Source of the DNA: an uncultured Desulfatirhabdium sp.
GTDB lineage: Bacteria; Desulfobacterota; Desulfobacteria; Desulfobacterales; Desulfatirhabdiaceae
Direction: 5' to 3'
Length of the DNA: 64,000 nt
Assembly (NCBI GenBank): GCA_964549995.1
Contig: CAZJXF010000001.1
Span: 7,829 to 71,828, forward strand
Part shown: in pieces, positions 1 through 8,897 of the stretch
Layout of the letters: every line of letters starts with the position of its first letter
Position numbering within the stretch: position 1 is the stretch's first letter
The notes under the pieces: generated by a model
Database searches by the model: none
The model's input: only the letters and a program-made list of their open reading frames with translations
Told to the model about the DNA's origin: nothing
Made by a program: the position numbers and the translations under genes

Positions 1-1541
1 CCGAAGTGGCTGCGCTGCAGGATCTGTTGATCCATGCCATGAAAGGACTGTCCAAAGCTGCCGTCGCAGCTGCCAAGGCCGGCATGACGGATTCTGAAAT
101 GGATCGGTTTGCGTGCGAGGCCGTTTTCTCCACTCTGACCAATGTCGATTTCGATCCGGAGCGGTTTCCGGCGCTCATCAACAAGGCCGTCGCCTACCGA
201 GATGCGTTGAAGGAGAAATTGAACCTCACCGGCAATGAGGATGCCTTCACCTTCAAACCGGCTGCAACCCTGCAGGGGTTGATCGAGCAGGGCGAACGAG
301 TCGGTGTAAAATCCGATCCGAACATCAACCCGGATATTTTGAGCCTTCAGCAGACGCTGACCTATGGTATCAAAGGTGTTGCGGCTTACGCCGATCATGC
401 GGCGATATTGGGTCAGACGGACAACAAGGTGTTCCAGTTCATTTATGAAGGGTTGGCCGCCACCCTCAATGCCCAGGCGGGACTCGATGAAATGGTGGGG
501 CTGGTTCTCAAATGCGGGGAAATCAATCTGCGGGCGATGGAATTGCTCGATGCCGCCAACACAGGGCATTACGGACATCCGGTGCCGACGTCCGTGCCGC
601 TTGGGGCCAAGAAGGGGAAGGCTATCCTGGTTTCCGGCCACGACCTCAAGGACCTCGAAGAAATTCTAAAGCAGAGTGAAGGCAAGGGCATTTATGTGTA
701 CACACACGGTGAAATGCTGCCTTGTCACGGTTATCCGGAGCTGAAGAAATATGCGCATTTCTACGGTCATTATGGAACGGCCTGGCAGAACCAAGTGCGG
801 GAATTCGCCGATTTCCCGGGTGCCATTCTGATGACGACCAATTGTATCCAGAAGCCAAAGGAAAGCTATCAGGACAACATCTTTACGACGGGCCTGGTCG
901 GTTGGCCCGGCGTCCGGCACATTGCGGACAAGAATTTCGCACCGGTCATCGAAAAAGCACTTGCCCTGCCGGGGTTCACCGAAGACAAGCCGGGGAAGAC
1001 CGTCATGGTCGGGTTTGCCCGGAACGCCGTCATGTCGGTTGCCGGAAAAGTCATCGAAGCCGTCAAGAACAAGAACATCCGCCATTTCTTCCTGGTGGGC
1101 GGCTGTGACGGCGCCAAGCCTGGGCGGGATTATTACACGAAGTTCGTTGAACAAGTGCCCAAGGATTGTGTGGTGCTGACGCTTGCCTGCGGAAAATTCC
1201 GCTTCTTCGACAAGGATCTCGGTGACATCGGCGGCATCCCCCGGCTGCTCGACATCGGTCAATGCAACGATGCCTACTCGGCCATCCAGATCGCCGTCGC
1301 TCTCGCCAATGCCTTCAACTGCGGGGTGAACGATCTGCCGTTGTCGATGATTCTGTCCTGGTACGAACAGAAAGCCGTTGCGATTCTGTTGACCCTGCTC
1401 TATCTCGGCATCAAGAACATCCGTTTGGGCCCGAGCCTTCCGGCATTCATCACCCCCAATGTGCTCGACGTGCTGGTGAAGAATTTCAACATCATGCCCA
1501 TCAGCACGCCGGAGGCGGACCTGAAGGCCATTCTCGGATAA
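1..1541 (+). CDS. hcp: hybrid-cluster protein / hydroxylamine reductase (5' end outside window)
   Basis: ORF open to the left edge. 511 aa are visible with Hcp hallmarks ILVSGHDLKDLEEILKQSEGKGIYVYTHGEMLPCHGYPELKKY, MTTNCIQKP, FFLVGGCDGA, LDIGQCNDAYSAIQIA. Confidence 0.92.
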   Translation, partial: EVAALQDLLIHAMKGLSKAAVAAAKAGMTDSEMDRFACEAVFSTLTNVDFDPERFPALINKAVAYRDALKEKLNLTGNEDAFTFKPAATLQGLIEQGERVGVKSDPNINPDILSLQQTLTYGIKGVAAYADHAAILGQTDNKVFQFIYEGLAATLNAQAGLDEMVGLVLKCGEINLRAMELLDAANTGHYGHPVPTSVPLGAKKGKAILVSGHDLKDLEEILKQSEGKGIYVYTHGEMLPCHGYPELKKYAHFYGHYGTAWQNQVREFADFPGAILMTTNCIQKPKESYQDNIFTTGLVGWPGVRHIADKNFAPVIEKALALPGFTEDKPGKTVMVGFARNAVMSVAGKVIEAVKNKNIRHFFLVGGCDGAKPGRDYYTKFVEQVPKDCVVLTLACGKFRFFDKDLGDIGGIPRLLDIGQCNDAYSAIQIAVALANAFNCGVNDLPLSMILSWYEQKAVAILLTLLYLGIKNIRLGPSLPAFITPNVLDVLVKNFNIMPISTPEADLKAILG

Positions 1542-1570
1542 AGAGGGACTGTCGTCATCAATCAACCGCA

Positions 1571-1593
1571 GGGGCGATCCGATGGATCGCCCC
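1571..1593. repeat. GGGGCGA...TCGCCCC GC-hairpin (REP-like), after the hcp stop
   Basis: GGGGCGATCCGATGGATCGCCCC. Same palindrome family as 33214-33246, 48042-48076, 51506-51530 and 55914-55936. Confidence 0.7.
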
Positions 1594-1614
1594 CAAAACT
1601 CCTGGAGGCACCCG

Positions 1615-2343
1615 ATGAAATGTCCCGGACAGGACACCCAATACTGGAAGCCCGGTGCAATCTATGAAGCCACATGTCCCAAATGCGGTGCATCGGTGGA
1701 ATTCTTCAAAGACGACACCAGCCGCAAATGTTCGGCTTGCGGTCACCGGTTCGTGAACCCTGGATTGGATTTTGGCTGTGCGGCCTATTGTCCCTATGCC
1801 GAGCAGTGCATCGGCACCCTGCCGGAGGAGGCACTCGCACAGCGGGACGATCTGCTCAAGGATCGGGTAGCCGTGGAGATGAAGCGGTATTTCAAGAACG
1901 ATTTCAAACGGATCGGTCATGCTTCGCGGGTGGCGCGCTATGCCGAGCGCATCGGGAAGCTTCTGGGTGCCCATCCCGCCGTTGTTCTGGCTGCCGCCTA
2001 CCTGCATGATATCGGAATCCATGAGGCCGAACGGAAATATCAGAGTACGGCGGCCCGATACCAGGAGATGGAAGGGCCGCCCATCGCCCGCTCCATTCTC
2101 GAAAAGCTGAAGGCCAAGGCCGAATTGATCGATGAAGTGTGCGACATTGTCGGTCATCACCACCATCCACGGGAAACGGAGACTGTCAACTTTCAGGCCG
2201 TCTACGATGCCGATCTCATCGCCAATATCGAAGACAACCGCAAGGAATCACCGATAGCTGCGGAGCGAATCCAGTCGATCATCGAAAAGTCCTTTCTGAC
2301 GGATGCCGGAAGGGCGGTAGCGAGAGATGTGTTGCTGACGTGA
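1615..2343 (+). CDS. zinc-ribbon + HD-domain phosphohydrolase
   Basis: Track ORF 1582-2343. ATG 1615 is preferred because GGAGG lies at 1602-1606 and 1571-1593 is a hairpin. CPKC...CSAC zinc-ribbon pairs are followed by the HD signature AAYLHDIG ... VGHHHH ... YDADLI. Confidence 0.8.
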   Translation: MKCPGQDTQYWKPGAIYEATCPKCGASVEFFKDDTSRKCSACGHRFVNPGLDFGCAAYCPYAEQCIGTLPEEALAQRDDLLKDRVAVEMKRYFKNDFKRIGHASRVARYAERIGKLLGAHPAVVLAAAYLHDIGIHEAERKYQSTAARYQEMEGPPIARSILEKLKAKAELIDEVCDIVGHHHHPRETETVNFQAVYDADLIANIEDNRKESPIAAERIQSIIEKSFLTDAGRAVARDVLLT

Positions 2344-2347
2344 GGGG

Positions 2348-2452
2348 CAGGAGTCAGAAGGAAGAAGTCAGGAGTCAGAAGTCAGAAGACAGGAGTCAGG
2401 AGTCAGAAGGCAGAAGGCAGGAGACAGAAAGCAGAAGGCAGGAGACGGGAGG
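2348..2452 (+). repeat. 7-nt tandem array, 15 units, CAGGAGT/CAGAAGT family
   Basis: Counted unit by unit from 2348. Starts 5 nt after the stop at 2341-2343. Confidence 0.9.
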
Positions 2453-2513
2453 CTGGCGTCGGGTGTCGGAAGACGGAAGTTTGGGCTCAGGGGAAAAGAA
2501 GGGTGAGATCATC

Positions 2514-3266
2514 ATGAAAGTTCAACGGAAAATCATTCAGATCGACGAGGAAAAATGCGATGGATGCGGGCAGTGCGTTACCGGATGTGCGGAGGGCGCG
2601 CTTCAAGTCATCGATGGAAAAGCCCGTGTCGTCAACGAAGTCTTCTGTGACGGACTCGGGGCCTGTATTGGGGAATGCCCGAACGATGCGCTGAAACTGA
2701 TCGAACGGGAAGCGGAAGAATTCGACGAAAAGGCCGTCGAGGAACATCTGCGCCGCAATCAGAAAGTGTCTGCCTGCCCTTCGGCTGCTATCCAGGACCT
2801 TCGATTCCCTGGCACTTGCGAGAAAGCCAATGTCCCGAAGGAACTGAAACAAGAAGCAGGGGGTGTTCACTCCAACCTGTCGCACTGGCCCATTCAGATT
2901 CGGCTCGTACCGCCCAATGCGCCATTCCTGAAGAACGCCGACCTTCTGGTCACGGCCGATTGCGTTCCCGTCAGTTATCCGGCGATGAATGAAACGTTTC
3001 TTCCGGGGAGAAGAATTCTCCTGGGCTGCCCGAAATTCGACAACGTTCAGGAGGCCATCGACAAGTTCACCCAGATCTTTCGCCAAAACGAGATCCGCAG
3101 CCTGACGGCTCTGATCATGGAAGTGCCCTGCTGCTCGGGGCTGCCGTTTATCTTGAAGAAGGCGATGCAGGCATCTGGTACGTCGATTCCGTTGACAACG
3201 GTCGTCATCTCGACTCGGGGGGAAGTGCTGCGTCGCATCGAGCCGAAGGATGCCGAGATGCTTTGA
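2514..3266 (+). CDS. 4Fe-4S dicluster domain protein
   Basis: Track ORF 2139-3266 starts inside a heptamer array. ATG 2514 gives MKVQRKIIQIDEEKCDGCGQCVTGCAEGAL and CDGLGACIGECP ferredoxin motifs. The C-terminal domain has LGCPKFD and VPCCSG. Confidence 0.8.
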   Translation: MKVQRKIIQIDEEKCDGCGQCVTGCAEGALQVIDGKARVVNEVFCDGLGACIGECPNDALKLIEREAEEFDEKAVEEHLRRNQKVSACPSAAIQDLRFPGTCEKANVPKELKQEAGGVHSNLSHWPIQIRLVPPNAPFLKNADLLVTADCVPVSYPAMNETFLPGRRILLGCPKFDNVQEAIDKFTQIFRQNEIRSLTALIMEVPCCSGLPFILKKAMQASGTSIPLTTVVISTRGEVLRRIEPKDAEML

Positions 3267-3290
3267 ATTGTGGATTGAGGATTGTGGATT
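3267..3290 (+). repeat. 7-nt tandem array ATTGTGG/ATTGAGG (about 3.4 units)
   Basis: Starts at the first base after the TGA at 3264-3266. Confidence 0.75.
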
Positions 3291-3310
3291 CAAACATCGG
3301 AATCAGGACT

Positions 3311-3479
3311 GATGGTCTCGCTAAAAGTCGCCTCTTACCGATCAGAAAACCTTTGTTTCCATCTTGGCTATCCGCCCGATCCTACGAGATCGGGCTGCTG
3401 AGTTTTTCCGCTGCGCAAGCAAAATGCACCCGCTCTCCTGCGGGTCAACCGAGAACATCTGACTTTTTGCGAGGCCATC
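3311..3479 (-). mobile_element. MITE-A copy (short variant, inverted orientation)
   Basis: Terminal inverted repeats GATGGTCTCGCTAAAAGTC ... GACTTTTTGCGAGGCCATC. Its interior shares the CCCGATC(C/T)(T/C)ACGAGATCGGGCTGCTGAG module with the other copies. Confidence 0.8.
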
Positions 3480-3500
3480 AGGATTTCCGATTTTCGACTT

Positions 3501-3526
3501 CTGCCGACTGCCGACTGCCCACTGAC
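3501..3526 (-). repeat. 7-nt tandem array CTGCCGA/CTGCCCA (reverse complement of the GGGCAGT family)
   Basis: Runs up to the base before ATG 3527. Confidence 0.75.
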
Positions 3527-4333
3527 ATGGCTCTCTTCTCATCCAAATCCCAACTCCCCTGGACCGACGATGCCCTGAAGGCCGTCGAGCGGGTTCCCTT
3601 CTTCGTGCGAAAGCGGGTGAAGGCAAGGGTCGAAGCCGAGGCTGTGGCCAAAGGCTCTTCCCAAGTGACGCTCCAGGAAGTTGAAGAAACCAGAAGGCGG
3701 TTCCTGTCGGGTATGCACGAAGAAGTGCAGGGCTATCGCATCGAAACCTGTTTCAGCGATAGCGGATGCCCTAACCGCGTTCTGGATGGCTCCCATCTGG
3801 CGGCACGCCTGAAGGAACCCCTGACATCCGCCGATTTGCGGACATTTCTTCAAACCCGGCTCGGCGATCGGCTCAAATACCATCACGAATTCCGTGTGGC
3901 CATCGCCGACTGCCCGAATGCCTGCTCCCAACCCCAGATTCGGGATATCGGGATCATCGCTGCGGTCGAACCGCAGGTCGGTTCATCGGAATGCAGTCAC
4001 TGTGGAGCGTGCAGCGCAGCGTGCATCGAGGGTGCCGTGGACGTTCGGACGACCTCCGATGTGCCGCAAATCGATCCGGTCCGCTGTGTTCGATGTGGGC
4101 AATGTATCGCCGCCTGTCCCACGCAGATGATCGTTCGTGGGGTATCCGGCTGGCGGGTGCTTCTGGGTGGAAAACTGGGCCGCCATCCCCGGCTGGCCGA
4201 GGCTCTGCCCGGGCTGTACGACGAGGATGCCGTCGTTCAAATCGTTTCGGCGTGCGTGATGCATTTCAAGCGTCATTTCGAGCCCCACCGTCGTTTTGCA
4301 GACATGCTTCCCGTGGATGCCCTTCCCGTCTAA
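3527..4333 (+). CDS. PCP_red-like N-terminal domain fused to a 4Fe-4S / sulfite-nitrite-reductase-like ferredoxin module
   Basis: Track ORF 3263-4333 begins in repeats. ATG 3527 gives LPWTDDALKAVERVPFFVRKRVKARVE, then CSHCGACSAACIEGA, CVRCGQCIAACP and LGGKLGRHP. No Shine-Dalgarno sequence is visible upstream. Confidence 0.7.
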   Translation: MALFSSKSQLPWTDDALKAVERVPFFVRKRVKARVEAEAVAKGSSQVTLQEVEETRRRFLSGMHEEVQGYRIETCFSDSGCPNRVLDGSHLAARLKEPLTSADLRTFLQTRLGDRLKYHHEFRVAIADCPNACSQPQIRDIGIIAAVEPQVGSSECSHCGACSAACIEGAVDVRTTSDVPQIDPVRCVRCGQCIAACPTQMIVRGVSGWRVLLGGKLGRHPRLAEALPGLYDEDAVVQIVSACVMHFKRHFEPHRRFADMLPVDALPV

Positions 4334-4451
4334 CCTCGTTGCGGCTTACATTTTCTTGATCTTCCCTTCGCCCTGTCCTATGGTTCCGTGAACCGACAAC
4401 GAGCGGATCGATCGCAGGATCGGTTCGAATCGAACCATTGGATGGCCTTCC

Positions 4452-6656
4452 ATGACACCGCCAGAAAACCCATCGGCACCGGTCGTTCTGACAGGACTGC
4501 TCGAGCGCATCACCCACCACAACGAGGAAACCGGGTTCACCATCGCCAAAATCCAGGTCAAGGGCAGAAAAGATCTGATTACGGTGATCGGGCACATGTT
4601 GACTCCGAAACCCGGTGAAATCCTCGAAATCAAAGGAGGGTGGTCGAACCATCCGAAATATGGGGAGCAGTTCCGATTTTCGGAGTATCGGACGAAAACC
4701 CCGGCTACCGTACAAGGGATCCGCAAATACCTCGGTTCGGGTCTGGTCAAGGGGATCGGGCCCAAAATGGCCGAACGTATCGTCTCTCGGTTTGGGGCCG
4801 AAACGCTCGAGGTGATCGAAAACCGGATTGAATCCTTGGCACAGGTTTCGGGTATCGGGGAGAAACGGATCGCTCTTATCCGTCAGGCTTGGGAAGACCA
4901 GAAGGAAATCGGCGAAGTGATGGTTTTCCTGCAAAGTCATGGGGTAAGCCCGGCATTCGCCGCCAAGATATACAAACAATACGGGAAGGCTTCCATCGAT
5001 GTCGTCCGGGAAAATCCCTACCGACTGGCCATGGAAATCTTCGGCATCGGATTTCTGACGGCGGATCGAATCGGCGAAAAGCTCGGCATTCCCAAGGATT
5101 CGCCCCGGAGAGCGGAGGCCGGCATCGTCTATGTCTTGCATCAGCAGGCCGAAAAAGGGCATGTGTACTATCCTTTCGAAGAACTGCTCCAGTCCTGCAT
5201 CGAAATCCTCGACATCCCGACAAACATCGTTTCCGAGGCCGTCGACCGGCTCGTTCAGTCTGCCGTCCTTGTCCGCGAATCCCATCCCCAGAATCCGACC
5301 CAGCCAAAAGAAGATCTCATCTATCTGCAGAAATTTCATGTCTGTGAAACCCGTGTCGCGGCACGGCTTCAAATCCTCAACCGGGCGCCGGTGGCCCTCC
5401 GGCCCTTCGATCCCGAGGCAGCCATCCAGTGGGCCCAGAAGGGAATCGGGATCGAGCTTGCCGAACAGCAGAAGGAAGCCGTGCGCTGTGCGCTTTCCCA
5501 CAAGACGATGGTCATCACCGGCGGGCCGGGCACCGGGAAGACGACCATCATCCGGGCCGTCATCCGGATTTTTGCGGCACTGAATCAGAAAATTCTGTTG
5601 GCCGCTCCTACCGGAAGAGCGGCCAAGCGGATGCAGGAAGCCACCGGTTTCGAGGCTCAAACCATCCACCGGCTGCTGGCCTACAGCATGCAGGCGGGCG
5701 GGTTTCAAAAAGACGAGAACCATCCGCTCGATGCCGATCTCATCATCGTGGATGAGGCTTCCATGATCGATATCGTGCTGATGTATCACTTCCTCAAGGC
5801 GGTCGCCGTGTCCACCCGGCTGGTGCTGGTCGGAGATATCGACCAGTTGCCCTCGGTCGGTCCGGGAAGCGTGCTCTCCGATATCATCGGCTCGGGTCTT
5901 GTTCCCGTCATCACCTTGAAGGCCATTTTCCGCCAGGCCCAGAACAGCCGGATCATTGTCAACGCCCATCGGATTCAACGCGGATTTTTGCCGGAGCCGG
6001 ATGTGGACGCTTCCCTGTCCGATTTCTACGTCATCGAACGCGACGATCCGGAAAAGGCGGTCGAAACCATCCTCAACCTCGTGACGGATCGCATTCCGAA
6101 ACGTTTTGGCCTCGACCCCATCGAAGACATTCAGGTGCTCAGCCCGATGAACAAAGGGGCTGCAGGCGTATCGAACCTGAACCTGAAGCTGCAGGAGCGG
6201 CTCAATCCTTCGGGTGTGAGCCTGACACGTGGGGGACGGATATTTCGACGCGGGGATAAGGTGATGCAGATCCGCAACAACTATGATCGGGATGTCTTCA
6301 ACGGCGATATCGGCCGCATCGAGGGCATCGATCTGGAGGAGCAACAGGTCATCGTTTGCTTCGACGGACGAGAAGTTCTCTACGACTTTACCGATATGGA
6401 CGAGCTGGTTCTGGCCTACGCCATATCCATTCACAAGTCCCAGGGATCCGAATATCCAGCAGTGATTGTGCCCATCCTGACGCAGCATTATGTCATGCTG
6501 CAGCGCAACCTGATCTATACGGCCGTTACCCGGGGAAAGAAGCTGGTCGTTCTGGTCGGCTCCAAGAAAGCATTGGCCATCGGCATCAAAAACGATCGGG
6601 TCCAGAAGCGCTATTCCCTTCTCGCCGATAGGCTGCAGGGAAGATGGATTCCCTGA
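4452..6656 (+). CDS. recD2: RecD2/TraA-family SF1B DNA helicase
   Basis: 734 aa. Motifs: VITGGPGTGKTT (Walker A), LIIVDEASM (Walker B), LVLVGDIDQLPSVGPG, AISIHKSQGSEY, YTAVTRGKK. Confidence 0.9.
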   Translation: MTPPENPSAPVVLTGLLERITHHNEETGFTIAKIQVKGRKDLITVIGHMLTPKPGEILEIKGGWSNHPKYGEQFRFSEYRTKTPATVQGIRKYLGSGLVKGIGPKMAERIVSRFGAETLEVIENRIESLAQVSGIGEKRIALIRQAWEDQKEIGEVMVFLQSHGVSPAFAAKIYKQYGKASIDVVRENPYRLAMEIFGIGFLTADRIGEKLGIPKDSPRRAEAGIVYVLHQQAEKGHVYYPFEELLQSCIEILDIPTNIVSEAVDRLVQSAVLVRESHPQNPTQPKEDLIYLQKFHVCETRVAARLQILNRAPVALRPFDPEAAIQWAQKGIGIELAEQQKEAVRCALSHKTMVITGGPGTGKTTIIRAVIRIFAALNQKILLAAPTGRAAKRMQEATGFEAQTIHRLLAYSMQAGGFQKDENHPLDADLIIVDEASMIDIVLMYHFLKAVAVSTRLVLVGDIDQLPSVGPGSVLSDIIGSGLVPVITLKAIFRQAQNSRIIVNAHRIQRGFLPEPDVDASLSDFYVIERDDPEKAVETILNLVTDRIPKRFGLDPIEDIQVLSPMNKGAAGVSNLNLKLQERLNPSGVSLTRGGRIFRRGDKVMQIRNNYDRDVFNGDIGRIEGIDLEEQQVIVCFDGREVLYDFTDMDELVLAYAISIHKSQGSEYPAVIVPILTQHYVMLQRNLIYTAVTRGKKLVVLVGSKKALAIGIKNDRVQKRYSLLADRLQGRWIP

Positions 6657-6814
6657 CAAGGCCACCGCCCGGTGGGTATGAATTGTAGCGCAAATCCGAT
6701 TCATCCGGTAAATCGGAGTTATTTCTCTCTTGAAGGTGGCTGCCATATGGTGTATTGGGGCGAAAGGTTGGATAGGTGAGACCATCAGACCGTCGGAGGA
6801 TGGGAAATGGGTGG

Positions 6815-6889
6815 CGCCAGCCGCCTCAATGCTCTGAGGCCTGGAACGATCCCACAATGGTGGTTACAGCGACTTTTTGCGAGACCATC
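6815..6889 (+). mobile_element. MITE-A right-end remnant (approximate left boundary)
   Basis: ...AATGCTCTGAGGCC...CCCACAATGGTGGTTACAGCGACTTTTTGCGAGACCATC matches the right ends of the full copies. Confidence 0.6.
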
Positions 6890-6929
6890 AAGCACTACAC
6901 ATCTCAACACCAGGAGGTTCTTGCCACAA

Positions 6930-7466
6930 ATGATCGATTTCTTTCGGAAGTTTTGTAACACCATCGACGGAATCAACAAGGCCGTCGGAAACATTACATC
7001 CTGGGCGGCGCTCGTCGTCGTTCTGGTCGTATTCATCGATGTCGTCATGCGATATGCCATGAACACCAGCTATGTGTTCATGCAAGAGCTCGAATGGCAC
7101 TTGTTTGCGTTCATCTTTCTCATCGGTGCCGGATACACCCTCTACAAGGACGGTCATGTCCGGGTGGATATTTTCTATCAGAGGCTCGGTGACAAAGGCC
7201 GTGCGTGGATCAATCTCCTCGGTACGATCTTGTTTCTCATTCCAGGATGTTACCTCATTATCACGACATCATCCAAATTCGCTCATACGTCCTTCATGAA
7301 CCTCGAAGGCTCGCCCGATCCCGGCGGCATCCCCTACCGGTTCATCATCAAGTCCGCCATTCCCGTCGGCTATCTGCTGATTCTGCTTCAAGGGATCGCC
7401 ATGGGCATCCGGAGCTTCTTTACGATCATCGGCAAGGACCTCGATCCGAAGAAGGAGGAAGCCTGA
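6930..7466 (+). CDS. dctQ: TRAP transporter small permease
   Basis: Track ORF 6807-7466 starts in a repeat remnant. ATG 6930 gives MIDFFRKFCNTIDGINKAVGNITSWAALVVVLVVFIDVVMRY, a typical DctQ with four hydrophobic segments. Stop TGA 7464-7466 overlaps the next ATG. Confidence 0.85.
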   Translation: MIDFFRKFCNTIDGINKAVGNITSWAALVVVLVVFIDVVMRYAMNTSYVFMQELEWHLFAFIFLIGAGYTLYKDGHVRVDIFYQRLGDKGRAWINLLGTILFLIPGCYLIITTSSKFAHTSFMNLEGSPDPGGIPYRFIIKSAIPVGYLLILLQGIAMGIRSFFTIIGKDLDPKKEEA

Positions 7467-8791
7467 TGCAATATCTTGCCGGTTGGATGTTTTTGGCGAT
7501 GTCCATTCTGATCATGGTCGGTTTTCCCGTCACCTTCACCCTGTTGGGTACAGCGCTCACCTTCGGATTGATCGGCTTCGGGTGGAACTTCTTCAATCTT
7601 CTTCCCCTGCGGATCTGGGGGGTCATGAACAACGTGACCCTGTTGGCCGTTCCCCTTTTCGTTTTCATGGGGGTCATGCTGGAGCGTTCCGGGCTTGCAG
7701 AAGAACTGCTCGATACGATGGGCCTGGTCTTCGCCAAGCTGCGGGGAGGGCTTGCGGTATCGGTTGTCGTCGTAGGTGCGCTGCTTGGGGCATCGACGGG
7801 TATTGTCGGCGCAACCGTCGTGACGATGGGCCTGATCGCCGTTCCCACAATGCTCAAACGGAACTATCAAAAAGAACTTGCGACAGGTACGGTTGCCGCC
7901 TCCGGTACGCTTGGGCAAATCATTCCGCCCAGCATCATTCTCGTGCTTCTCGGGGATATCATCGGTGTGCCGGTCGGCGATCTGTTTATGGCTGCCGTTT
8001 TCCCGGGTTTGGTACTTGTAGGCTTATACATTGCGTACATTCTTGTGGCCTGCCTCATCAAACCGAACTGGGCGCCGCTCATCCCGAAGGAGGAACTCGA
8101 TGTCTTGAAATCCGGCCAGTTCTGGGGACGTGTCAGCAAGGCGCTTTTCCCGCCGCTTTTCCTGATGGTGGCCGTATTGGGTTCCATGTTTGCTGGGATC
8201 GCATCCCCGACGGAAGCCGCTTCCGTCGGGGCTGTCGGCGCGACCCTTCTGACGGTCATGAATCGGAAGTTCAGCTATCAGATCCTGCGGGAAGTCTGTT
8301 ACTCCACCATGCAGTTGACAAGCATGGTCTTCATCATTTTGGTGGGTGCCGCTGCTTTCGGCTTGGTCTTTCGTGGAACCGGCGGGGATACGCTCGTTCG
8401 GGAATTCTTGGGCGGGTTGGCAGCCACACATGGCAAGTGGTTCGTCTTCACCATCGTCATGTGCGTCATTTTTATCGTCGGATTTTTTCTCGATTTCATC
8501 GAGATCGTGTTTATCCACGTTCCGGTGCTGGCACCCATTATCATCGAATTCGGCATCGATCCGCTGTGGTTTTGCGTGCTTCTGGCGGTCAACCTGCAGA
8601 CGTCCTTTTTAACGCCGCCATTCGGGTTCTCGCTCTTCTATCTCAAGGCCGTCACACCACCGGAGGTGGAAACGGGGCACATTTACAGGGGGATCATCCC
8701 CTTCGTTGCCCTGCAGTTGATCGGGTTGACGATCTGCGTGCTGTTCCCGATTCTGTCGACCTGGTTGCCGAAAGTGGTGTTTGCGAATTGA
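7466..8791 (+). CDS. dctM: TRAP transporter large permease
   Basis: Track ORF 7205-8791. ATG 7466 (MQYLAGWMFLAMSILIMVGFPV) overlaps the dctQ stop. The product is a polytopic membrane protein of DctM type. Confidence 0.88.
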   Translation: MQYLAGWMFLAMSILIMVGFPVTFTLLGTALTFGLIGFGWNFFNLLPLRIWGVMNNVTLLAVPLFVFMGVMLERSGLAEELLDTMGLVFAKLRGGLAVSVVVVGALLGASTGIVGATVVTMGLIAVPTMLKRNYQKELATGTVAASGTLGQIIPPSIILVLLGDIIGVPVGDLFMAAVFPGLVLVGLYIAYILVACLIKPNWAPLIPKEELDVLKSGQFWGRVSKALFPPLFLMVAVLGSMFAGIASPTEAASVGAVGATLLTVMNRKFSYQILREVCYSTMQLTSMVFIILVGAAAFGLVFRGTGGDTLVREFLGGLAATHGKWFVFTIVMCVIFIVGFFLDFIEIVFIHVPVLAPIIIEFGIDPLWFCVLLAVNLQTSFLTPPFGFSLFYLKAVTPPEVETGHIYRGIIPFVALQLIGLTICVLFPILSTWLPKVVFAN

Positions 8792-8897
8792 CGGATATTG
8801 TTCGACGTGATGGATTTTTCGATCATCCCGTTGCCGATCATCCCAGCCGTTTGCTGTACAACCATCAACCGATTCAAGAACGAAAGGAGCAAGTTGC

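Noticed and set aside
2348-2452. Heptamer arrays as a CRISPR array or a coding low-complexity region
   Set aside because: The units are 7 nt with no spacers. The period is not a multiple of 3, and the same arrays occur in both orientations in unrelated contexts.
2139-2513. N-terminal extensions of track ORFs (2139-, 3263-, 6807-, 7205-, 21755, 23014, 47164-, 58877-)
   Set aside because: The extensions run through repeats or the upstream gene and are R/G/S-rich. Internal ATGs with an SD or ATGA coupling give canonical N-termini.
4422-4436. GGTTCGAATCGAACC resembling a tRNA T-arm
   Set aside because: It is only a short palindrome upstream of recD2. No acceptor, D or anticodon arms can be drawn. 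I found no tRNA or rRNA in the window.
4266-6857. 863-aa ORF antisense to recD2
   Set aside because: Its composition is R/G/P/D-rich and of low complexity. It fully overlaps a helicase with clear motifs on the other strand. This is a typical shadow ORF of GC-rich coding DNA.
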